Shown here piece by piece: positions 1 through 9,122 of a stretch of 64,000 bases of DNA. The stretch is taken from assembly GCA_040768745.1 (NCBI GenBank), contig JAXGMI010000001.1, positions 1,280,001-1,344,000 of the forward strand, written 5' to 3'. Under the pieces are notes generated by a model. The model worked only from the letters and a program-made list of their open reading frames with translations. It made no database searches and was not told where the DNA came from. The position numbers were made by a program, and so were the translations under genes. The first letter of the stretch is position 1, and each line of letters starts with the position of its first letter. The stretch comes from Desulfomicrobium sp. Its GTDB lineage: Bacteria; Desulfobacterota; Desulfovibrionia; Desulfovibrionales; Desulfomicrobiaceae.

Positions 1-1664
1 ACATTTCCTTTTTCTCCACGGGTCGGGATCGGCGGGACTCCCAGAGCACGCAGGATCTTTTTCTGCGCGTCCGTGGGGCGACTAGGAGTCATCAGCGTCT
101 CCTCTCCGACCATGATCTCCCCCATCTTGATCTGACGCAGAAGGCGGATGGCTGTCGGCACAGACACTGCCATTCCTTTGAGCTTGTTGCGCATCCAGCG
201 CTCTAACTGCAATGCGATCACGCAGACAAACACATGTGCCCTGATTCGCTCCTCAGTCCAGTGATACACAGGGCGTAGTTCCAAGGTGCTTTTGAGCGCT
301 CTCCATCCCCGTTCAATTTCAGCAAGCTCTTTGTAATGTTTGATAATGTCTGCGCATGGTGCATCCATGTCGGTTGTTTCGAGAAGCAAGACGCCATCGA
401 TCTTTTCCTCCCAAGCCCTGCGTTTCCTGTGGGCCTTGACGATGACCTGATCCTGAGTGAGCGCAACTTGGAACAATGAGAGCAAGCCCTTGTCACGCAG
501 GTAATCCCTGATGCGGTCGTATTGACCCTGTGGGCTTGGTTTGCGTCCCTTGCCTGACCTTGGGGCGAGTATTTCCCGGATCTTGGCATCGGCCTTGGCA
601 AGGCGCTCCTGGCGGTTCGCCTTGGTTTCGGCTGCGATCTTCGGAGAATAGGCCATAACGAACCGGACCCCGCTGCGAACTTCCTCGACAATCTCCTCGT
701 CCTGCCCATTAAACGAGATCTTAAGACGCAACGCCTCGATCACGCTCCGCGCCTCCTCTCCACGACGCAATGGATGCGCCACGATGAAGCCGAATTCCTC
801 GGCCAGCAACGTCTCGAGATTTTGGTCCGAGAGCATTCCCCTGTCCCCGACAAACACCACGCTGCGTAGCTTGAAGCGAGTCTTCAGATCCTTCACCACC
901 TCAACCACAGTGGTCTTATCCACGGTGTTCCCCGGAAAGACATGGTGGCAAAGCGGTATGCCGTCCTTGCCCATGACCACGCCGATGGTGATTTGGCGCC
1001 GATCAAACCGGCCATCGCGACTGTATCCGAAGCGCCGAATGTCATCCTCCACCAACGATCGATCCCCGTCGAACCATGTGGAAGTGATGTCATAGAAGAG
1101 CAGGTCGCCTTCCCAATGCGCCTTGGGCATGAAGCGCTTGGCTATCAAGGGCTCCAAAGCTTCCTTCGCATCCAGCAATCTATCCATGGCGCGCAGGAGA
1201 TGGTGATAGGCCGGGCGGTGTTGCTCAAATCCAGAAAGCCAGACGCCATCGAGCCAATCCAGTAGCGCCAGTTTGGAGCACGGATCGCAGAGTCGATTGA
1301 CGATCAGCAACTTGATCAGTTCAGCATAATCCATCCCGGCCCCGGTCTTTACTCCTGCACGGGCCAGGGCTTTGGAGAGTCCCAGGATTTCCCAGAGATG
1401 TTTGACCGCGTGAACATGTCCGAAATCACGTGCAAACGTGAGGAGCGGCGGTCCAGTCTGAACCGGGTCTCGACCGAGAGCTTTCTGGAAGCCAGCGATG
1501 AGTCTCTCGACCTGGTCTTCGCCCAAACTCTCGATAGTGCCGAGATGAGCCAGGATGCGTGTGCGCGGAGATCCGCCTTTCTCGGGATCACGGAAAGATT
1601 CCGCGATCTGAAGATGGCGGTAGACTTTGTCGCCTCGTTTCTGCTTGGCTATTCGTACAAACAT
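1..1664 (-). CDS. IS1634-family DDE transposase, stop codon outside the window; absent from the ORF track
   Basis: Hand translation from ATG 1664 gives MFVRIAKQKRGDKVYRHLQIAESFR...YDITSTWFDG...FGYSRDGRFDRRQI...VFVGDRGM...YKELAEIERGWRALKSTLELRPVYHWTEERIRAHVFVCVIAL. Start and end segments are in the same frame (about 554 codons). Confidence 0.92.
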   Translation of the reverse strand, partial: MFVRIAKQKRGDKVYRHLQIAESFRDPEKGGSPRTRILAHLGTIESLGEDQVERLIAGFQKALGRDPVQTGPPLLTFARDFGHVHAVKHLWEILGLSKALARAGVKTGAGMDYAELIKLLIVNRLCDPCSKLALLDWLDGVWLSGFEQHRPAYHHLLRAMDRLLDAKEALEPLIAKRFMPKAHWEGDLLFYDITSTWFDGDRSLVEDDIRRFGYSRDGRFDRRQITIGVVMGKDGIPLCHHVFPGNTVDKTTVVEVVKDLKTRFKLRSVVFVGDRGMLSDQNLETLLAEEFGFIVAHPLRRGEEARSVIEALRLKISFNGQDEEIVEEVRSGVRFVMAYSPKIAAETKANRQERLAKADAKIREILAPRSGKGRKPSPQGQYDRIRDYLRDKGLLSLFQVALTQDQVIVKAHRKRRAWEEKIDGVLLLETTDMDAPCADIIKHYKELAEIERGWRALKSTLELRPVYHWTEERIRAHVFVCVIALQLERWMRNKLKGMAVSVPTAIRLLRQIKMGEIMVGEETLMTPSRPTDAQKKILRALGVPPIPTRGEKGN

Positions 1665-1797
1665 AAACTACGAGTAGCATTATTATTCATGAATAGCAAT
1701 GTTTATGTCTATTTTGTACGTACTACAAATTGGGCATTAAAAAACAATATAAGTCATAACTTCGAGGTGTTAGCCTCAGGCCGCTGTCAAACTTGGG
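1..1797 (-). mobile_element. IS1634-family insertion sequence, other end outside the window
   Basis: Contains an IS1634-type transposase and an AT-rich subterminal region (1665-1770). The putative end TGTCAAACTTGGG (1785-1797) resembles IS1634-type ends. The boundary is approximate. Confidence 0.85.
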
Positions 1798-1882
1798 GGG
1801 CACACCGGCCTTTGTAGCCATTCCAGGGCCTTTCAGCTAAGCAAGGCCATGCAAAAAGCCACGCATCCCCATCTGCGGGGGA

Positions 1883-2785
1883 ATGTCTGATCATGTCACC
1901 CGGTCCGGCAAAACTGCCATGATAGAGCCTTGGCGCGCACTCTGCCAGCTTTGCAACGAACTCTTGGCGGTGCCCGGCAGCTGGTGGCAGCGTATCACTG
2001 CCGACCGGGAAGCCGTCCTGCGCGTGGACGAAGATTGTATTGAGGTTCGCCTGCACGGCAATGTGTTGCTGACGGTAGAGCCGCGCGGCACTGGCCTGCA
2101 TTGCCGCATTGCACCGGAATACCTCCTCCTTTGCCATCCAGGCAGCAGGGCGGTGTTGTGTCAAGAAGGGTGCGCCCCGGAGTTGGCGGGCATTGCCTCC
2201 CTGGATGATCTGGCCACGCGGTACGCGCACGTCCGGCGCAGGGCCTGCAGGCATGTGGATCGGCGGAGGATGGTCCAGGACCGGATCTTTCTGCGCCACT
2301 CCTGCATCCTGGCGGTGGATGCGCCCTTTGCACCTGGCCGGATCGATCTGGTTGGAGTGAGTCCGGACGGGGTATGTACTTTCTTTTTTGTGCGCCGGTA
2401 TGCCGACGCAGATCTGCGCATGCAGGGTCCTGGTGGCGTGGGGCATCGCATGCGGCAGTGGGATGAATGGCTGCACACGGAGGGCAAGTCGCTTGCCGCA
2501 GTCCGGGGCCTTATGGAGCGGTCCCGCGCCCTTGCAGGACCGCAAAACCGGCGGTATTTCCGCGTTGCAGACAACATTTCGGTTTCAATGCGCACCCGAT
2601 TGCTGATCGTCGATTTTGACCATGCCCAACGGTTTTCAGGGCTGCCGGGTCTGCTCTCCATCCTGCAGGACGGACTTGACCGTCCGTTGCGGAGAGACGA
2701 TATTATCTGTGCCGGCGATCCAGGCAACATTTCCCAGGGGATCCTTTTTGACGGCATCAGATGCGTTGGGGCCCGCAGGCTCTGA
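1883..2785 (+). CDS. Hypothetical protein, possibly a degenerate PD-(D/E)XK nuclease fold
   Basis: 300-aa ORF ending 12 nt before hsp20. Contains RIDLVGVSPDGVCTFFFVRRY. Confidence 0.55.
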   Translation: MSDHVTRSGKTAMIEPWRALCQLCNELLAVPGSWWQRITADREAVLRVDEDCIEVRLHGNVLLTVEPRGTGLHCRIAPEYLLLCHPGSRAVLCQEGCAPELAGIASLDDLATRYAHVRRRACRHVDRRRMVQDRIFLRHSCILAVDAPFAPGRIDLVGVSPDGVCTFFFVRRYADADLRMQGPGGVGHRMRQWDEWLHTEGKSLAAVRGLMERSRALAGPQNRRYFRVADNISVSMRTRLLIVDFDHAQRFSGLPGLLSILQDGLDRPLRRDDIICAGDPGNISQGILFDGIRCVGARRL

Positions 2786-2797
2786 CGTGGAGGGATT

Positions 2798-3256
2798 ATG
2801 TCCGATCTGCATCTTTGGCACAGCACAGAACTTGGGAAACTCCGGCGGGACATGGAGGAACTTTTCGAGTCCTTTGTGCGTGATTTTTGCAGCCCCGTGG
2901 ATCTGCGTCTGCTGCGTTGTGACCCGGCGGTGCGGATTGTCAGCGAGGGCGATACCATCATCGTCACGGCCCAGATTCCCAACCTCGACCCAAAGTCCCT
3001 GAAGGTGACAGTGTCCGGAAACGTGTTGTCGATCACCGGAGAGAAGGTTGAAGAGGAAAAGGCGGAACAGCATTTCAGTATTTCCAGGCAGGGTTTTTCC
3101 AGCGCTGTCCGTTTGCCCTGTCAGGTTGACGCGCAGCAGGTCAGGGCCCATTACGCCAAGGGAGAATTACGCGTCTTCCTGCCCAAGAAGACGGCGCGGT
3201 CTGCAGTCAGGCTGAACATGGACCGCTTCAAACATGAGCGAGGTGAGGATGAGTGA
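2798..3256 (+). CDS. Hsp20/alpha-crystallin small heat-shock protein
   Basis: Motifs IPNLDPKSLKVTVSGNVLSITGEK and FSSAVRLPCQVDAQQVRAHYAKGELRVFLPK. GGAGG RBS. Confidence 0.9.
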   Translation: MSDLHLWHSTELGKLRRDMEELFESFVRDFCSPVDLRLLRCDPAVRIVSEGDTIIVTAQIPNLDPKSLKVTVSGNVLSITGEKVEEEKAEQHFSISRQGFSSAVRLPCQVDAQQVRAHYAKGELRVFLPKKTARSAVRLNMDRFKHERGEDE

Positions 3257-5675
3257 GGAACGGGAATTGCGACCTGAAGCATTGCGGTGGACCCTTGATC
3301 CGTCCACCCTGCCTTTCGAGACCACAGCCGAGCTAGAGCCCCTGGACGAGATCCTCGGCCAGGAAAGGGGGGTGGGAGCCTTGCATTTCGGCATTGGCAT
3401 CCGTCGTCCCGGCTACAACATCTTCGTTACCGGGGCTCCGGGCAGCGGTCGCATGGACGCGGTCAGGAACGTGTTGTCCAAGGCTGCCGGGGGCGGAAAT
3501 ACGCCTGGTGACCTTTGCTATCTGAACAACTTCAAGAATCCCGAGGCGCCGATCCTCATCCGCCTGCTGCCTGGTCAGGGCGCAAAGCTCAAAAAGGACA
3601 TGCAGAGCCTTGTGGAGGAACTGAAGAAGGAAGTTCCCAAACTCTTCGAAAGTCCGGAATATCTGGCCCGCAAGAACGAGATCAACGAGGCCTACGAAAA
3701 AAAGACATCCAGTTTTTTCATCAACCTGGAGAAAAGAGTCAAGGAGGCGGGGTTCGCCCTGGTCACCTTCCAGGGTCGCCAGGGGCAGCCACCCGAGGTC
3801 ATGCCCATCGTCGATGGAGAGCCAACGCCCGTTCTGAAGCTTGAGCAGATGGTCGAGAAAGGACGTTTCCCCAAGGACGAATTCGAGCGGATCAAGGTCA
3901 AGCATATCGAGATCAAGACCGAGATAGATTCCATTTTTCTGCAGATCCGGGCCCTGCAGAAGGAGATTCAGGAGAAGAACAGGCAGGCGGACAAAATCAT
4001 GTTTTCCAATCTGGCAGCTGATCTCATCACCCCCCTGAAGGGTGATTTTGCCTGTGAAAAGCTCGACCAGTACCTGCAGCACATGATTGACGACATGGTG
4101 GACAATATCGCGATCTTTTTCGGGCACGAGCAGCCCCAGGGTGGCGCCATGTCCATGGGAAATCCTTTTGAACAGTATTCGGTCAATGTCCTGGTGGACA
4201 ATTCCGAACAGGTCGGCCCCCCGGTCATCATCGAGGAGTACCCGACATACCGCAATCTTTTCGGCGGTATCGAGCGCATCGTGGACCGCAGCGGGGTATG
4301 GAGGACGGATTTTTCCAAGATCAAGGCCGGATCCTTCATCAGGGCCAACGGTGGATATCTGGTCCTGAATCTCCTCGACGCCATCATGGAGCCAGGGGTT
4401 TGGCAGTCCTTGAAGAGGGCCTTGAAAAGCCGCAGGATGGAAATCCAGACCTACGATCCCTTCTATCTCTTCACCACCTCGGCCATGAAGCCAGAGCCCA
4501 TCGAGATGGACATCAAGGTCATTGTCCTGAGCGACCCGTACGTCTACCACCTCCTGCAATACTACGACGAGGACGTGCCCAAGATTTTCAAGGTTCGGGC
4601 TGATTTCGACTCTACCATGGACAGGACCCAGGATGCGGTGGCCCAGTTTGCCCGGTTCGTCCGCACCCAGTGTCAAGAGAACGGGCTGCGCCCCTTTGAT
4701 CGCTCTGCCGTGGCCGCCTTGGTGGAGGAGGCCGTGCGCATGGGCGGCAGACAGGAGAAAATGGCTGCCACCTTTCCCAAGCTGGCGGACCTGCTCATGG
4801 AGGCAGATTATTTTGCCGGCCAAAACGGCCGGAACGTGATTCTGGGCGAGGATGTGCTGCAAGGCATAGAGACCCGCATCCACCGCTCGAGCCTCATGGA
4901 GGAAAAAATCCAGGACATGATCGACCGCGGGTCCATCATGATCGACACGGATGGGGTCAAAGTCGGGCAGATCAACGGCCTGGCGGTGTACAGCCTGGGT
5001 GAGATGATGTTTGGCAAGCCCAGTCGCATCACCGCCACTACGTCCATGGGCAAGGCCGGGATCATCAATATCGAACGTGAGGCCGACCTGTCCGGAAGCG
5101 TCCACAACAAGGGTGTGCTCATCTTGAGTGGGTATTTGCGGAAAATGTTCGCCCAGGACAAGCCGCTGGCCGTGAGTGCGTCCATCGCCTTCGAGCAGAG
5201 CTATTCCGGAGTTGATGGAGACAGCGCCTCGTCCACGGAAATGTATGCCCTGCTGTCCAGTCTTTCGGGCGTGCCCATCAAGCAGGGCATTGCCGTGACA
5301 GGTTCGGTCAACCAGAACGGCGAGATCCAGGCCATCGGGGGAGTGAATCACAAGATCGAGGGATTTTTTACCTGCTGCAAGGCCAGAGGTCTGACAGGAG
5401 AGCAGGGGGTGCTCATTCCCGAGGCCAATGTCCCCGATCTGATGCTCAAGTCCGAGGTGGTGGAGGCGGTACGGGCTGGCACATTCCACATCTGGTCCGT
5501 GTCCACCATCGAGCAGGGCATCGAAATCCTGACCGGAAAGCAGGCTGGGCCGCCTGAAAAGGATGGGGGCTATCTCGAGGGGAGTATTTATGCCCTGGCG
5601 GACGCCAGGCTGAAGGATTTGGCCCAGGGCATAGTCAATTTCGGCAAGGACGAGAATACACAGCAACAAGCGTGA
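3249..5675 (+). CDS. Lon-like protease (LonB/LonC type, AAA-like domain plus Lon protease domain)
   Basis: Motifs ILGQERG, NIFVTGAPGSGR, RANGGYL, and the Ser-Lys dyad region VDGDSASS...IGGVNHKIEGF. Confidence 0.9.
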   Translation: MSEERELRPEALRWTLDPSTLPFETTAELEPLDEILGQERGVGALHFGIGIRRPGYNIFVTGAPGSGRMDAVRNVLSKAAGGGNTPGDLCYLNNFKNPEAPILIRLLPGQGAKLKKDMQSLVEELKKEVPKLFESPEYLARKNEINEAYEKKTSSFFINLEKRVKEAGFALVTFQGRQGQPPEVMPIVDGEPTPVLKLEQMVEKGRFPKDEFERIKVKHIEIKTEIDSIFLQIRALQKEIQEKNRQADKIMFSNLAADLITPLKGDFACEKLDQYLQHMIDDMVDNIAIFFGHEQPQGGAMSMGNPFEQYSVNVLVDNSEQVGPPVIIEEYPTYRNLFGGIERIVDRSGVWRTDFSKIKAGSFIRANGGYLVLNLLDAIMEPGVWQSLKRALKSRRMEIQTYDPFYLFTTSAMKPEPIEMDIKVIVLSDPYVYHLLQYYDEDVPKIFKVRADFDSTMDRTQDAVAQFARFVRTQCQENGLRPFDRSAVAALVEEAVRMGGRQEKMAATFPKLADLLMEADYFAGQNGRNVILGEDVLQGIETRIHRSSLMEEKIQDMIDRGSIMIDTDGVKVGQINGLAVYSLGEMMFGKPSRITATTSMGKAGIINIEREADLSGSVHNKGVLILSGYLRKMFAQDKPLAVSASIAFEQSYSGVDGDSASSTEMYALLSSLSGVPIKQGIAVTGSVNQNGEIQAIGGVNHKIEGFFTCCKARGLTGEQGVLIPEANVPDLMLKSEVVEAVRAGTFHIWSVSTIEQGIEILTGKQAGPPEKDGGYLEGSIYALADARLKDLAQGIVNFGKDENTQQQA

Positions 5676-5694
5676 ACCTGAAGGAGCGGAAGCA

Positions 5695-6642
5695 TTGGAA
5701 AACCAATTTTATGATCTGGTCATCGTCGGTGGTGGACCTGCAGGATTGTCGGCCGGGATTTATGCCATGCGTGCGGCCTTGAATGCCGTGCTGGTGGAAA
5801 AGGGCATGCCCGGTGGCCAGATTGCCTTGACCAAGGACGTGGAAAACTATCCAGGTATCGAGGAAGTGGGCGGCTTCGAACTGTGTGAAAAATTCTTGAA
5901 TCATGCCAAGCGGTACAATCTGGAAATTCGGGAGAGCGAGGTTGTGCGGGTCGAGCCGGGAGTGGAATTCCATGAAATCGTGCTGGCCGACGAAACGAGA
6001 CTCCATGCCCATGCAGTGATTCTGGCCGCCGGGGGAACGGCACGCAAGCTGTCCATTCCCGGTGAATGCGAGAGCTTCGGCAAGGGTGTTTCCTACTGTG
6101 CAACCTGTGACGGATTCTTTTTCAGGGGCAAGACAGTCACCGTCATCGGAGGCGGGGATACGGCCCTGGAGGACGCCTTGTACCTGTCAAAGATCTGCAC
6201 GCAGGTCTATCTGGTCCATCGTCGGGAGGAGTTTCGCGGCAGCCGCATCCTGCAACAGCGGGTCTTTGCCGAGCCACGGATCACCACGGTGCTCAGCTCC
6301 GTGGCCACGGAAATCCTGTCCAACGATGCCGGCGTGACGGGAGTGAAGGTCAAGAACGTGCAAACCGGTGACATGCGGGAGATCAAGACCGACGGCGTGT
6401 TCATCTTCGTCGGGTTTTCGCCCAACAACCAGCTCGTGCCAGCGGGCGTGAAAATGAATGCGGGCGGATACGTCATCACGGACGAGAAATGTGAGACCAG
6501 CCTGCCGGGCATTTTCGCCGTGGGCGATCTGCGCCAGAAATATGCCAATCAGATAGTCCTGGCTGCGGCAGATGGCTGCGTGGCGGCCCTGGCCGCAGCG
6601 CATTACGTGGAAGCGCGCAAGGCCCAAACCGGCAAGAAATAG
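5695..6642 (+). CDS. trxB: Thioredoxin-disulfide reductase
   Basis: Motifs GGGPAGLSA, GVSYCATCDG, GGGDTA and GIFAVGD. TTG start after AAGGAG. Confidence 0.95.
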   Translation: MENQFYDLVIVGGGPAGLSAGIYAMRAALNAVLVEKGMPGGQIALTKDVENYPGIEEVGGFELCEKFLNHAKRYNLEIRESEVVRVEPGVEFHEIVLADETRLHAHAVILAAGGTARKLSIPGECESFGKGVSYCATCDGFFFRGKTVTVIGGGDTALEDALYLSKICTQVYLVHRREEFRGSRILQQRVFAEPRITTVLSSVATEILSNDAGVTGVKVKNVQTGDMREIKTDGVFIFVGFSPNNQLVPAGVKMNAGGYVITDEKCETSLPGIFAVGDLRQKYANQIVLAAADGCVAALAAAHYVEARKAQTGKK

Positions 6643-6675
6643 CCGTTCTTGTGCGGCGCTGCACTCCGCTGAAAA

Positions 6676-6706
6676 CAACAAAACCCCTTTCACGGGGGTT
6701 TTGTTG
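6676..6706. terminator. Bidirectional intrinsic terminator between trxB and tRNA-Asn
   Basis: CAACAAAACCCC-loop-GGGGTTTTGTTG inverted repeat. Confidence 0.75.
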
Positions 6707-6724
6707 GAGCGGATCGAGAAATCT

Positions 6725-6800
6725 TGGCTCCCCGGGACAGATTTGAACTGCCGACAGGGTGGTTAACAGCCACCTGCTCTGCCAACTGAGCTACCGGGGA
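6725..6800 (-). tRNA. tRNA-Asn(GTT), copy 1
   Basis: Reverse complement TCCCCGGTAGCTCAGTTGGCAGAGCAGGTGGCTGTTAACCACCCTGTCGGCAGTTCAAATCTGTCCCGGGGAGCCA. 76 nt, GTT anticodon, encoded CCA. Confidence 0.97.
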
Positions 6801-6818
6801 ACGTCAGCCGGAAGGCGC

Positions 6819-6848
6819 TTTGTAGGGAACGTCTGCAAGTTTTGTCAA
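6819..6848 (-). promoter_or_regulatory. Sigma70-type promoter of tRNA-Asn copy 1
   Basis: TTGACA-18 nt-TACAAA followed by a GC-rich discriminator. Confidence 0.6.
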
Positions 6849-6880
6849 CACATGCCCCGCCCTTCACCGCTGTGCACCAG

Positions 6881-7504
6881 TCAACGTCGATGCCAATCAA
6901 ACGTTTCCAGACTTTCCTGCGGATAGAGTTTGCCAAATGCGGGAAGCTCAGGCCAGGCCTCCCCGGGAACAAGTTCCATGATCCGTATCAAGACAGTGTC
7001 TATCGGCAATCTGTCCCGGACGAGGACCGAGTACGCCGGGGCGGGGGTCAGCCCTTCCTGGCGGATTCGTCCGAAGTAACGCTTGTATTCCGCGTCGCCC
7101 GTATCGGAGGAGAGACCATAGCTCCCTTCGCGGTAGGCATACCCTGCAATGAAGGTCTTGCTTCCGCCCAGAAAAGTAAAGATTTCCGTGAATCCGGTTT
7201 TGAGCACCCGCGACAGGAAAAGGAGATGCGGTCCTTTTTCCCCTTCACGCACGAAAAGCATGGTTTCGATCTGGTCCATGGGGGGCAGGCTCGAATTCCA
7301 GATCTCCCCCCGGACCAGGAATTTTTCAGTCCCCAGGTATCGCCAGCCCGGTTCCAGGGGGATGGGTTCAGACCGCCACAGGGAGATTTCCGTGGCCCCG
7401 GGTTGGACGAGGTCGGCCGTACGGACTGTGGAGCAGGCGCTGGCAAAGAGAAATATGGCCAGGGTTAGCAGCAGGAGTCGATGCGAACTTTTGAACGCAG
7501 ACAT
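6881..7504 (-). CDS. Lipoprotein of unknown function
   Basis: AGGAG RBS. Signal peptide with lipobox LLLLTLAIFLFASAC. Confidence 0.75.
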   Translation of the reverse strand: MSAFKSSHRLLLLTLAIFLFASACSTVRTADLVQPGATEISLWRSEPIPLEPGWRYLGTEKFLVRGEIWNSSLPPMDQIETMLFVREGEKGPHLLFLSRVLKTGFTEIFTFLGGSKTFIAGYAYREGSYGLSSDTGDAEYKRYFGRIRQEGLTPAPAYSVLVRDRLPIDTVLIRIMELVPGEAWPELPAFGKLYPQESLETFDWHRR

Positions 7505-7835
7505 GTTTTCTCTCCTTTGGCTGGATGGCTCAGTGCACAATGATCCCTATACTCTCCCCACAACCAGAACCCAAGCCCCGGCACAGCCCATTTGCGGGAT
7601 CCTTCAATGCCCGAATGCTGCTCGGTTCAGGAGGATTCTGGTTCGCGATAGCCGCATTGCCCTGAATCCGGATCACTGATCCCGGGCCGGCTGGCCCGTT
7701 GGAATCCAGGATGAGCGTGCATCATGAGGCGCCGTCTTTCCGCGTCAACCCTGCCGATCCCGTATTCCCGTTGCATGCCTCCCCGGTGTGGGCTTCAGCT
7801 CGGGTGCGTGTGCCCTGATCACGGATCCTGCGATA

Positions 7836-8909
7836 TCAGTCCACCCGCAGGATGGTGGCGTAGCTGCTGAAAACGGCCCAGGCTGTGTCCCCTTCTCGCA
7901 ACCTCATGGATCCAAGGTGTTCCGTGGAGAAGATGATGCACAGCTCCGCATTGTCGCCCACTTGCAGGACGCATTCCGTATTGACATGCCCGCGGGTGAT
8001 GCGGGCTATGGTCCCGGACAGGCGATTTTCGGCGGAGCAGAACGGTTCCGCATTGCCGGGATGCAGGACCACCCAGGGGGCCTTGACCTCTACGGTGGCC
8101 AGGCGGCCTTCCTTCAGACCCAGGCGATGCAGGCTGCTGAGGGTGATGATGGAGGAGATTGTCTGGCCGCCGAGAGTGGTCAGTTCCACCAGGGCCTGGA
8201 TGTCCGAGGCCTGGATGCGGGTGATCTTGCCGAAAAAGGAATTGCGCGCGCTGGTTTTGCGGCTGGTTTCGCGCTCCAGAAAAGAGGATGTGATGGCCCG
8301 GATTTCGTTTTCGGAGAAGGAGACCAGGGCCGAGGTCAAGTTGGGGCTCGAATGTCCAAGATATTGCTGGACCGCGGGCAGAGGCATGTTTGCCTGCATC
8401 AGCTCCACTCCGCGAGATTTCCGGATCATTTCAGGGGCACCGAGTTGCTTGGGAAATCCGCAGGCCTGGGCGCGTTCATAAAATTTCCGGCGAATGAAGG
8501 CTGGATCAACGCCCACGCCCTGGATGACGGCCTCGCTCAGGGCTGGCTCTGCGGTCATGGACCGGATTTCGTTTGCCAGGCTTTCGGACAGGGGCACGTG
8601 GCGCAATCCTTCGGCATTGTTTCCATAGACTACCGCGAGTCGTTCGTAGTCGATGTCCGTGGCCGGCCGCAGAGCCAGCACTTCGTGCAGTTTCGCCCCG
8701 GTGTAGCGGATAAGCAGGAACACGAGCAGGACCCGCTTCCGGGACAGGATTATATCGGATCGGCGGGAAAGTCCGGCCCAGGCCCGGAATTCCCGTTCCA
8801 GCACTTCCAGCTGCAGGGAATCGAGACACGGGCCGGACTCGGTCACAATCCGTCCGTGATCGGCTGCCTTCGCGGCGGAGGAAGAAACTGAGGGCGTCTT
8901 GGTGTGCAT
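7836..8909 (-). CDS. tunR: TunR-like regulator: tyrosine-recombinase-like domain plus tandem TOBE (molybdate/tungstate-binding) domains
   Basis: N-terminal half has YTGAKLHEVLAL, EMIRKSR and VQQYLGHS. C-terminal half has KTSARNSFFGKI, SIITLSSLHRLGL and SAENRLSGTI. Start is 8909 or 8918; the track start at 9122 runs through a tRNA. Confidence 0.8.
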   Translation of the reverse strand: MHTKTPSVSSSAAKAADHGRIVTESGPCLDSLQLEVLEREFRAWAGLSRRSDIILSRKRVLLVFLLIRYTGAKLHEVLALRPATDIDYERLAVVYGNNAEGLRHVPLSESLANEIRSMTAEPALSEAVIQGVGVDPAFIRRKFYERAQACGFPKQLGAPEMIRKSRGVELMQANMPLPAVQQYLGHSSPNLTSALVSFSENEIRAITSSFLERETSRKTSARNSFFGKITRIQASDIQALVELTTLGGQTISSIITLSSLHRLGLKEGRLATVEVKAPWVVLHPGNAEPFCSAENRLSGTIARITRGHVNTECVLQVGDNAELCIIFSTEHLGSMRLREGDTAWAVFSSYATILRVD

Positions 8910-8962
8910 TGCGCGCATTGTGCTGCCGGGGGCTGTCCGATGCAAGGGGGAAGTGTGGAAGA

Positions 8963-8993
8963 AAACAAAAAAGCCCTTCGGGTGAAGGGCTTT
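8963..8993 (-). terminator. Intrinsic terminator of tRNA-Asn copy 2
   Basis: AAAGCCCTTC-GGGT-GAAGGGCTTT with a U-rich tail on the minus strand. Confidence 0.75.
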
Positions 8994-9001
8994 GGAAAGT
9001 C

Positions 9002-9077
9002 TGGCTCCCCGGGACAGATTTGAACTGCCGACAGGGTGGTTAACAGCCACCTGCTCTGCCAACTGAGCTACCGGGGA
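9002..9077 (-). tRNA. tRNA-Asn(GTT), copy 2
   Basis: Identical to 6725-6800. Confidence 0.97.
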
Positions 9078-9093
9078 ATGCTCGTGAGGAGGC

Positions 9094-9122
9094 TCTTTAG
9101 GAAAAGGCCCACCATCTGTCAA
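9094..9122 (-). promoter_or_regulatory. Sigma70-type promoter of tRNA-Asn copy 2
   Basis: TTGACA-17 nt-TAAAGA. The -35 box contains the TGA stop of the upstream gene. Confidence 0.55.

Noticed and set aside
218..1817. Short track ORFs suggesting a fragmented transposase
   Set aside because: They are off-frame or antisense. The real transposase frame was omitted because its stop lies outside the window.
3333..5669. 778-aa minus-strand ORF, and similar long antisense ORFs at 9629-11620, 22316-23674, 39688-41406 and 48458-50011
   Set aside because: Antisense to well-supported genes and explained by codon bias.
7545..7835. ncRNA or riboswitch in the lipoprotein-tunR gap
   Set aside because: Only short GC-rich stems, with no 6S, SRP, Moco or cobalamin signatures recognised.
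7836..8909. Active integrase or prophage at tRNA-Asn
   Set aside because: Catalytic Arg, His and Tyr are substituted, and no phage or conjugation genes are present.
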